A stretch of DNA of 63,433 nt, filler included, from Octopus bimaculoides (taxonomy: Eukaryota), in the NCBI RefSeq assembly GCF_001194135.2. It is 6 parts of 6 records of this genome, joined end to end, with 100 filler letters (N's around TTAATTAATTAA, not from the genome) between each part and the next. Parts side by side here need not be neighbours in the genome. Positions count along the whole stretch, not along the records: positions 1 to 29,763 come from NC_069002.1; 5 more parts are not named here. One strand, written 5' to 3'. The notes below the pieces were generated by a model, which worked only from the letters and a program-made list of their open reading frames with translations, did not search any database and had not been told where the DNA came from. Positions 14,771 through 26,300 of the stretch are shown in pieces (position 1 is the first letter of the stretch; each line of letters opens with the position of its first letter). The position numbers were made by a program, and so were the translations under genes.

Positions 14771-17700
14771 CAGCTTCCAAACGTGACAATTATTTAGAGT
14801 AGTTAATTGAATACTTACTTGTTAAAATCTAAATAAGGTTTAAAGTGATTAATCAGAGCTAACATTTTATCTTCATCTCCAAATGCCAAGAATGGAATAA
14901 GTTTCATAAGAGCTTGGAGTACACTAGAGTTGGCTCTCACAAATGGGCTGTTAATTCGGTCTAGTAGCAACATGAGTTGGTCTTTGTCACCACAAAGTTT
15001 AGAAAATTTCTGACAAAAAGCAAAAATAATATAGTTTAGTTTAAAATTCACAAACTTTTATGAGTTTCAATTCATTAATTTTGAAAATATTTAAGAAAAA
15101 CTAACTTTAGCTGAGCAGGTTTTTTGGGGGCACAACTAAACAAAAGAAGGTTCTGACATTAAATTATAATGGGGTTCAAATCTCACTGAGATTAATTTTG
15201 CTTTCAGAGCCAATAAAAGTATTGGTTGGTCTTAGTCAGTGGATTAGTAGTAGGGTTATGGAAGATGCATTGCTGTATTTGTTCCAAATCTATGCATTTT
15301 GTGATCAAATCTCACCCTTTCGCCAAAAACATGGTGACCCTTTCTATCATGGAATTGCAATTTGAAAAGCTAATACTAGATGTAGTTTCCATGGGTCAAT
15401 GGGAAGATCAACTGCCATATATACATGCACACAATTATAAATTATAATCTTAAATTATATTTAAAAATTAGGATTATAATTTTGAACAAAACTTTAAGAT
15501 GGGAGATTGCCACAGCTGGGCCTGTCTCAAATGCATTAAGAAATTGAATTTCTACAAACTTTTCAGATATTTTAAAACAAACAAAAAAATAAAACCCAGC
15601 TATTATTCTTCAATTATTAAAAAAAAAAAATTTATCATGATGTTTTTTGTGTTAATTACACTGGCCAGAAATATTGGTTTCGAATTTTGGAACAAGGCCA
15701 GCAATTTCGGGGGTGGGGGGGATAAGTCAATTACATTGACCGCAGTGCATAACTGGTACTTAATTTACCGACCCCGAAAGGATGAAAGGCAAAGTCGACC
15801 TCAGTGGAATTCGGACCCAGAACATTAAAAAATGGGTGAAACGCCACTGAGCATTTCGCCCGGCATGCTAACGATTCTGCCAGCTCACCCACCTTTCACT
15901 GGCTGGAAATGTTAGAATAGAGAAAGAGTTTGGGATAATTACCTTATATTCATCAGTTGGCTGGCAGCTAGCTTCCATCAAAATAACTTCCATTATTTGT
16001 AATACCTGTTCTGTGATACTCTGACCTTTGCTGCCACTGATGCCACTTTCTTGTTCAGACCATAATGCCTACAACACACAAACGGAAGCCATAAATACCA
16101 TCAGCACCTCACAGAACTACACGTATTCTTTATTCTTTATTCTTTTGTTTCTTTCAGTCATTAGACTGTGGCCAGGCTGGGGCACCGCCTGGAATTTTTA
16201 GTCGAATTTATCAACCCAAGTACTTATTGTTTAAGCCTGGTACTTATTCTATCAGTCTCTTTTGCCAAACTGTTAAGTTATGGGGACACAACCACACCAA
16301 CACCTGTTGTCAAGTGATGGTGGGACAGGCAGACACACACACACACACATATACGACAGGCTTCTTTCAGTTTCCATCTACCAAATCCACTCACAAGGTG
16401 CACAAGGCTTTGGTCGGCTCAAGACTATAGTAGAAGACACTTGCTCAAGGTGCCATGCAGTGGGACTGAACTCAGAACCATGTGGTTGGGAAGCAAGGAG
16501 ATGACAGAGGACCAAGATATGTGGCACATTAATGTACTCAAGAAGATCCACCCACAACAGAATTGAGATCCTAAAATCAAGGTCCCACATAAAAAACATT
16601 GGTGTGGGTGCTGGTCCCACATAAAAAGCACTGGTGTTGGTGCCATGTAAAAGGCACTGGTGCCACATAAAAAGCCCCCAGTACACTCTGTAAAGTGGTT
16701 TGTGTTAGGAAGAGCATCCAGCTGTAGGAACCATATCAGAACAGACTATGGAACATCGTGCAACCCCTGGCCTTGCCAGTTCCTGTCAAGCCATCCAACC
16801 CATGCCAGCATGGAAAACAGATGTCAAATGTTCACGATGTTGATGATCATGATAGATTATTGGTCTGAGAGCCATTAGAGACCGTGTTGCTTCTTGCTGT
16901 CTCAAAACTGGAGCTTATAATGTTGTATATTTAGCCTAAAGGTCTTTCTTGAGCCCTAGCACTCACAAGGCCAGTTACTCAGTTTCCACGATGTATAAAG
17001 AACTGAGATTACAACATTCCCACTGAATGGGGCACCTCTCTGTCACAATGTTGTTTATCATTTCCATAAAAAATCTTAGAGAATGAGAGGGTTACNNNNN
17101 NNNNNNNNNNNNNNNNNNNNNNNNNNNNNNNNNNNNNNNNNNNNNNNNNNNNNNNNNNNNNNNNNNNNNNNNNNNNNNNNNNNNNNNNNNNNNNNNNNNN
17201 NNNNNNNNNNNNNNNNNNNNNNNNNNNNNNNNNNNNNNNNNNNNNNNNNNNNNNNNNNNNNNNNNNNNNNNNNNNNNNNNNNNNNNNNNNNNNNNNNNNN
17301 NNNNNNNNNNNNNNNNNNNNNNNNNNNNNNNNNNNNNNNNNNNNNNNNNNNNNNNNNNNNNNNNNNNNNNNNNNNNNNNNNNNNNNNNNNNNNNNNNNNN
17401 NNNNNNNNNNNNNNNNNNNNNNNNNNNNNNNNNNNNNNNNNNNNNNNNNNNNNNNNNNNNNNNNNNNNNNNNNNNNNNNNNNNNNNNNNNNNNNNNNNNN
17501 NNNNNNNNNNNNNNNNNNNNNNNNNNNNNNNNNNNNNNNNNNNNNNNNNNNNNNNNNNNNNNNNNNNNNNNNNNNNNNNNNNNNNNNCATAACTGAATAA
17601 TTTAAGCAGTACCATCATCAGCTGTTTACCTAGCACCAAATCTTTGATAGTTGCTAGCCTGTAAAAAAACAAAAACAAAAACAAAAAAAATTTATGAAAT

Positions 17701-20322
17701 TAAAATTACAAATTGTAAATGGTAAAGGTTTAAAAACAATAGAACTACAATGCTTTGGCTATAGAAGCTCTTTCTCATCAATATGGTTTTATTTAAGCTG
17801 TTCTTCATTAACCCTTTGAGCCTGTAACACCGATTCACCGGTGGAGGGCTTATTTTTCTCTATACCGTAGCACTGCTCTGTACCATAGCACCAGTGGAGT
17901 GCCAGGTATATGGTAAAATAAGGTTCAGGAGGTCAGGGTTCAAAGGGTTAAGTATGATCCCCATCTGATTAATCTGGCTCCTACAACCTAACAAGGATTA
18001 AACAGTCAAACAGATACCCCTATTAAACAAATAATACACAAGTCGAAGGGGTGGAAGCTATATTATGTCTAAAATTTTGCCTTCCATAAAAAAGGTTAAG
18101 TAGTGAATTAACTGAAGTTGAAGTTACTAAGAGTTTAAATAACTTATTCTAAATAAAATATTCTGCCTGACTTAAAAATACACTTTATCAGGTTAAACTT
18201 AGTGATAAAAATCACATATCTTAACCAATTTTATACAAGTTCTGCTAACAGCATAATACATAAATTAAGCAATTAGTCTAACATTTAGTTAATTTAAAAA
18301 AAAAAAAAACCCTTTTGATACCAAACTACCCGAGACTTCTCTTGATGTTATGGTGTAGACTTTCTGTTTTTAAATGATCTAAATTAAAAACCTCCGACAC
18401 AAATTTCATGTTGACTTATAGTTTAGTAATTACAAAGTTACTTCACTAAATTCTTCATCATTTTTAAAATTAATTGAAGAAAAAAAAAGCAGTGTGTTTC
18501 AACAGAAATATAATAAAAGGGGGAAGAACACCTTCCAAAATAGTTATAATTTTAGGTGAAACATCAGACAAACCTTTGAAGCATAACTTCCAGACCTCCA
18601 CATNNNNNNNNNNNNNNNNNNNNNNNNNNNNNNNNNNNNNNNNNNNNNNNNNNNNNNNNNNNNNNNNNNNNNNNNNNNNNNNNNNNNNNNNNNNNNNNNN
18701 NNNNNNNNNNNNNNNNNNNNNNNNNNNNNNNNNNNNNNNNNNNNNNNNNNNNNNNNNNNNNNNNNNNNNNNNNNNNNNNNNNNNNNNNNNNNNNNNNNNN
18801 NNNNNNNNNNNNNNNNNNNNNNNNNNNNNNNNNTAAAAGAAAACACAGCAAATCACATTAATATGAATGACAAAATTTTGGTCTCAACACAGTAAAATAA
18901 ATATAATCGTCATAGTGATTTTAGAATGTTACTGTTTTCTGAACCAACTGACCATCATTACTTGTTCCCCCCCCCCCGTTCTTACACTGAGGGAAATTAA
19001 AATATTTAGGCCCAACACATCAAAACATAGAAGACAATGTAATAAAGATATCATGCAGATATGACACCAAGGGTCGGAAAATATAAAGGTTTTATTCACT
19101 ATATTTGTTGATTAGCATTTTATCTTTCTTTTAACTGTTGCAGCTAATACAAAACATCTATAATCCATGATTATAAGAATGTTGGAAGATGAGTGAGATG
19201 GATGGATGTAGTTACTATGAAATATTCAAAGATATGTTAGTTTATTTGGAAACAGGTAGGAGTAAAGAAGTTCTAGCCAGTGTTAAAATTATTTTCTTTT
19301 CTCTCATATTTTAGTCCTCTCTTCACATTCTCCTAGCATAAAGTTCTCACCCCATGTTTTGCAAGCTGCATGGTAACGTCGCAAGTGCTAGTGGCATGAA
19401 AAAAAGCACCCAGTACATGCAGTAAAGTGGTTGGTGTTAGGAATGGCATCCAGCTATAGAAACCATGCTAAGGCAGACACTGGAGTACAATGCAGTCCTA
19501 TCAAATTGTCCAGCTCATGTCAGTATGGAAAATGGACATTAAACAAGGATGATGACAGAGAATCAAAATATAGTGGAATTGGACATCCTATGCAGTCAGC
19601 CATTTTTTGTGACATTGGAACAGACACAGAAATGTCAAAGCCCATAAATGGCCAGTGAGTGAAGAGTTTCGCGAAATGAAGGCTTTTCAATCAGTCAGAC
19701 TTATTTCATCATTGATACAGCTTTAAATGAAGGCAAAGTAATTTGATCTTCAAAGACATTCAAAATTAAATATTGCAATGCTTTAAAGAAAAGATTAATA
19801 AATAAAAAGAATATATACTAAAGTGGTGGAAAGGAAAGGCTTTTTTAGGAAATTAAAACAATTTTAGTTCTAAAATCTCTCTCAGAGATCAATGCAGTAG
19901 TTGTACTGACAAGTAATATTTGTAGCCACTTTAACATGGCTGTCCATTCAAGCTATGAATAGTACTTGTTAAAACAATTTTGTTAAAACTATTTAACAAT
20001 GGACCAGACAAAATTTTGGCACAAGTTGAATCAAGAAGAGCTAAATTTTTCATTCAGATTATAAAATTTTAATTTCCAATTACATACTTCCTGGCTAACA
20101 AATACAAACTAATCAACAGAATACATGAAATACAGAATTGTAACTAGTTCAGCAACCATTTAAAGAGAATTAGGACAAACAAAATATATCTTACATCGCC
20201 ATGCTCAGGAGCCCAAATCTTCTTGTAAACTTCTTTCACTGGCAAATCTAAGCTGATAATTTTCTTGTTCACCAATAACTATAAACACAATTCAAAACAA
20301 AAAACATTATACATACATACAT

Positions 20323-20356
<34 letters not shown>

Positions 20357-23300
20357 TCCATATATATGTACATATATATACACACACATACACACAAAAA
20401 ATAGATATTTCATGTGTGTATTTTGAGAAGTTAGTTTTACTGACAAAACAGAGAAGCCAACAGTCACTATTAATATTGGTTTCAAATATTGACACAAGGC
20501 CAGCAATCTTGAGTGGAGGCAGTAAGTCGTTTACATTGACTCCAGTACTCAACTTGTACTTATTTTATCAACCTTGAAAGGCAAAGTCAATCTTGGTGGA
20601 ATTTGAACTCAGAACATAATGATGAACAAAATGCTGCTAAGCATTTTTCCCAGTGTGGTAACGATTCTGCCAGCTCACTGCCTTATAGTCAATATTATAC
20701 GTATATATATATATTAATGCACACAACACACATATGATACATGAATGTGTGTAAATACAATACATACACACATTCCTTCACTTTCTTTACCTCATCTCCA
20801 CTATTGCATAACTATTGCAGGACCATATGCAATGGTCCTGTCTGAAGTGTTGAAATTGCTATAATCCTTAGTCAGACAGCTGATGAGGGTCTAATTTTTG
20901 TTCAGAGCCATGTTTTCTCATATGTATTTAACATACACACACACATGCATATATATAAATATATATCAAAGATAAAACAATAGAAAAATATACTAATCTT
21001 ACAGGGTGATTGGAATGCCAAGTTGGAGAGAGATGCATAAGACAACTGAAGGAATTGCATCTGCTCTTCATAGAATGATACCCCAAATGGAATTTGCTTG
21101 TTATAACAATATGGTGCTGTTGAATACCCTTTCTGAGCACAAAGAGTATTCACACAACAGTGTAATTAAATTTAAATATGACAATAAACACTTGGTAGAC
21201 TTCTACCTTAATATGACAGTTGATGTTTAAGATATAATTATGTAAAATAATGCAGACATTAAAAACTTGGAGTGCTTTATATAGATTTATAGCTTTGATA
21301 AACTAGAGATTGCCTGAACTTGTGTGAAAATAAGACATCATATTAAAAATATTTGTCTTACCTCCATGCCTGTGTCATCTTCTAAGAGTGCAACCAATTC
21401 ACAATCTAAAACAAAAAGAAACGGGTTTTTACTTACAAAATATCTAAATAATTTTTTTAACATTTTATTTTTCAGACTAGTAATAAAATGGTTCTGAAAA
21501 TTCTGATATTAGTTTTTTTCAATAATTGGAACAGATATTCTTAATTAATGCAGCATGTCCTCCTTATGGCTAATCATTCACCTGACATTTAAAAACACAA
21601 AAAAGTATCAGTAGCAAAGAAAAAAATTGTCCAGCAGTGGCTGTGGTAATGCTAAATGGCTTTGTCAGTAGCAGATACTCATTGCCAACAGCATGTCAAG
21701 ACAAAATCTGTTGCAACTGATACATGAAAAACAGTGATTGAAAAATCACTGATGTTGCAAATAGCCACCTGGTTAAATAAAAATTCATTATATGCAACAA
21801 GGGCAATGGCTGTGAGAAAGAAACTCTTCAAAGTCACCATATTGGAAATAACATTCACAGACGGAATTTCTTTCAAAGCTTTGGATCAGTAAAGATTTTG
21901 GGAGTAGTAGAGCTAAAGAAGATATTTTCCTAATCTAAATTTAAATTTTTGAAGTCAAAATAAATACTACACCCACACCTAACATAACAGATATTGTGCA
22001 TAGTTTTAAAAATATAAACTAATTTACATAATATAATAATTTTAAATGAAATAATAAAAAAAATATAAAATAATATTGTGCATAGTTTAAAGAATATAGA
22101 ATGATTTCACTTTGTAATTAAAAATAATACAAGTGTACTTTTTATGAATTTTCCAGTCATTTTACAGATGAAAAAAATAAATACCTTGACAAATTTTATT
22201 TTTAACGTCTCTCATGAGGGGTCCAAGACCTGGCTCATTGGAACTGTAGGGATTACCCAGCATTCTTCCTTGGAGAAAGTCCTCTTGTTGGGGTTCCTTC
22301 TCTAAGATCATGAAGAACTCACCCACATCATTTTCTTCCTACAAGAACAGCAAACACATTTTCAAAATCTAATACACTTCTAAATTCTGGTAATTTTGTA
22401 AAACACACACAATACAAAAATTGTTATGATACACATCATCATCATCATCATCGTTTAACGTCGGTTTTCCATGCTGGCATGGGTTGGCCGATTTGACTGA
22501 GGACTGGTGAAACCAGATGGCTACACCAGGCTCCAATCTGATTTGGCAGAGTTTCTACAGCTGGATGCCCTTCCTAACGCCAACCACTCAGAGAGTGTAG
22601 TGGGTGCTTTTTACGTGCCACTGGCACGAAGGCCAGTCAGGAGGTACTGGCAACGGCCATGCTCAAAATGGTGTATTTTACGTGCCACCTGCACGGGAGC
22701 CAGCCCAGCGGCATTAGCAACGATTTCGCTCGAATGTCTTTACACGTGTCAGGAAGGCGTCGCTGGGCACGGGTGCCATCACGATTTCACTTTCGCTTGC
22801 CCCAACAGGTCGTGGGAAATTCAAATTGACCAAAAATTTGGGGGTTGGATAATCTAATATTAATTTCTTAAATTGCCACAAGGACACGAAAATATATTGG
22901 TTTCAAATTTTGGCACTAGGACAGCAATTTCAGTGAAGGGGGCTCGTCGATTACATTGACCCCAATACTCAACTGGTCCTTATTTTAATAACCCTGAAAA
23001 GATGAAAGGCAAAAATCAGCCTCGGTAGAATGGGATAATCTAATATTACTTGATCTATCCTTTCTTTTGATCCACTTCTAAGGGGCTCCCCGTCCCTTTT
23101 TCTCTCTCACTTTACCACCTGTCCATACTGATATCCCCACACACACACGCCTCCACCTTGTTCATTATACTCACTGTATTTACCTCCACCCTCTCTCTCA
23201 CTTCCCTCACACTTTTATGAAACTACCCCCTCCTCCTCCCCCAATCCACTGTCTGTATCTTCTCTTATGCTCGCTTTCTTGTACCTTGACATTTTGCTCT

Positions 23301-26300
23301 GGCACCCTATTACAACTATCTATATCTACTTCCCAGCTACTTCCACCCACCCCTTATTTAATGTGGTGTAGCCATGTATCTCCTCCATTGCAACACCCCT
23401 ATGCTTATCCCTCTATCATACTTCAGCTTCTCAACACTTGACAAAGTCACCTCCCCCCCTCTCTAATACTCCTCCCACTTAATCACATTTCCAGCTCCCT
23501 GCCCCTTTTTCTGTTTTGCAAGTTACTTGGTGATGTCACAAGAGCTGATAACATAACAAAAAAATGTACCCTGCACACATTGTGAAGTGGTTGGCATTAG
23601 GAAGTACAACCAGCTGTAGAGACAATGTCAAAGCTCACACTGGGGCTCAGTTCATCCCAGCAGCTCACCAAATCCACTCAGATTATCCAACCCATACCAG
23701 CATAATAAACAGATGTTAAATGAAAATGTAAATGATTATGTTGATGACGAATCGAAGGAGAAAAAAGAATGTCTGATATATTACTGGATAAATGATACTG
23801 CAGAGTCGTTCAAAGATGAACACTGGGGATCGGTAATCATCAAGAGGGTATTTCTTGATTGTTTGAACACATACTGCCATGAATTCTTTCGTTTCTGATT
23901 CGGTACCTGGAGAAAGGAAAAGAAAAATTAGAAATAACCATTAATTGAATACAACCAGTAGTGAAAAATATTACTCAGCTTATTACTAATTAATCATTGA
24001 AGATATTTATCAGGTTATCACTAATTAATCATGGAAGCTATTTATCAGCTTATTACTAATTAATTATGCATGTTGAAAATACATCTCTCAATGTGTTCTC
24101 ACCAGAATTAAAATCAAACGTCTAAATGTAATTAAGAATTTATATCTTTTACTTGTTTCAGTCATTTGACTGTGGCCATGCCGGAGCACCGCCTTTAGTC
24201 AAGCTAATCGACCCCAGGACTTATTCTTTGTAAGCCTAGTACTTATTCTATCGGTCTCTTTTGCTGAACCACTAAGCTACGGGGACGTAAACACACCAGC
24301 ATTGGTTGTCAAGCGATGTTGGGGGGACAAACACAGACACACACACACATATACATATACGACAAGCTTCTTTCAATTTCCGTCTACCAAATCCACTCAC
24401 AAGGCTTTGATCGGCCCGAGGTTATTGTAGAAGACACTTGCCCAAGGTGCCATGCAGTGGGACTGAACCCGGAACCATGCGGCTTGTAAGCAAGCTACTT
24501 ACCACACAGCCACTCCTCTATAGATATTTTGTTTTTTAGTTTCAGGCCAGCCTTGACTGAGTAGACTTAGTGCACATAAATAATTACTTGCACAGCTAGG
24601 TGCAACGCACAGATCAATTGCAGCAATGATATAAGGCTTCTACTTAGCATTCACTCCAAATTGCAGTGGTTTATTGTCTGGAATGCAGTGCAACAGTCCA
24701 GGCATGCCTCATCCCATTTCAATGTAATTTTTATCCTTGTTGCTGTTTAGCCCAGGTCAATACTATTTGAGCAGATCTATAATCAAAGGCATTCCAACCA
24801 TGACCATATAGTCTTTTTAGGGCTACAAAAGGCTAAATTAACTCATGTCTTTTCTTTATTTAATCCTTTAGTATTTAAACCAGCCATATCAGACACAAAT
24901 ATTCTATCTGTTTCAGGTTCACACTAGCCAGATCCCACACCTCACACCTATCCTACAATGTCACTATGAAAATAAACAATCACATCATCAAAATCTTGAA
25001 ACTGTGAAATAATGAATTATTATTTCAAAACAATGTCAATAAATAAGCATTACATTTGATAGACTAACCTGAACGCTAAAGGGTTAAAGTGATAGGGTGT
25101 ATATAAGGTCTCTGTTGGTCATAGATTTGCAATATGTCTGTACAGGTCTGGCAAGACATCTTTAAGGAAGACTGGCAGTTGGCCATACACTGCAGGTCTC
25201 CCCTCTTCATGTCACTGATGTTTATCCAAGTGGAAGGCTGCCAATTTGGGCCAATACAGTATGACACCAGTGCCATCATAAACATTGCTGTCTGGATGCA
25301 AAGACTGGATCAGATACAAGGCATCCTTGTTTGTCCTCTGACAGTACCACTTCTCCATTGCCAAGAAAGGAGTTATTTGAGGAAACTTCGGCTGCTAGAA
25401 TTAACTATGCAGGATTTGCACTTAGACTAAATAGAACTACAAGTACCAAAAGACAACTGGTCCAATACTCTTACAGTTCTGCCAATCCACATTGCTCTGA
25501 ATTAATACTATTTTATCCACCCCAGAAATGGTTCAAGTCTAGCAGTTAAGGTGTTGCACTCTTGATTGCAAGGTTGTGGTTTCAGTTTCCGGACTGGGTG
25601 ATGCATTGTGTTCTTGAGCAAAACTCTTCATTTCACATTAGTCTGCTCATCTGTAAATGAGTGACCCTGCAACAGACTGGCATCTTGTTGCGATCACTTA
25701 TGCACCGTAGAAACTAGATAACTGGCCCCATGAGTTCTAGGACTTGAGACAGTAATGTCCAGAAGTTGATGATGATGAGCATGATAAATATTTAACAAAG
25801 CTTTAGATTCATTAAATATTTCTGGCATGTGGTGTGCTCGTCATCAGATTTACTAATATGGTTAATTATTTCACATAGTATTTTACTGCTTGTTACTGAC
25901 CTAAAGAGCCAGGTCAAATACTTGCAGCAGTTGATCCAGCTCTTTGTGTTCTAACTGCAACACCTGAACAGCTAGTTTTATGGTTTATGCTTGATACAAA
26001 TGTTAGAAATAAGGAGAAACAACTGACAAGTGCACCTCCTACTAACATTCGTCAAAACCAGGACATCTCAGGCAGAAGAGCATTTAAGAAGTGCTGTGAT
26101 ATATCATCACCACTTAACATCCATTTTTCATGCTGGCATGGTTGGACAGCTTAACAGGAGCTGGCAAGGCCAGGAGCCACATCAGGTTCCATAATCTGTT
26201 TTGGCTTGGTTTCTACAATTGGATGCCTTTCCTAATGCCAACCACTTTACAAAGAGTATTGGGTGCTTCTTACGTGCCACCAGCACCAGTGCTTTTTATG

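Noticed and set aside
25090-25550. Overlapping short ORFs; GILVCPL faintly like a DIRS methyltransferase-domain motif
   Set aside because: A single weak motif with no supporting RT, RNase H or tyrosine recombinase motifs.
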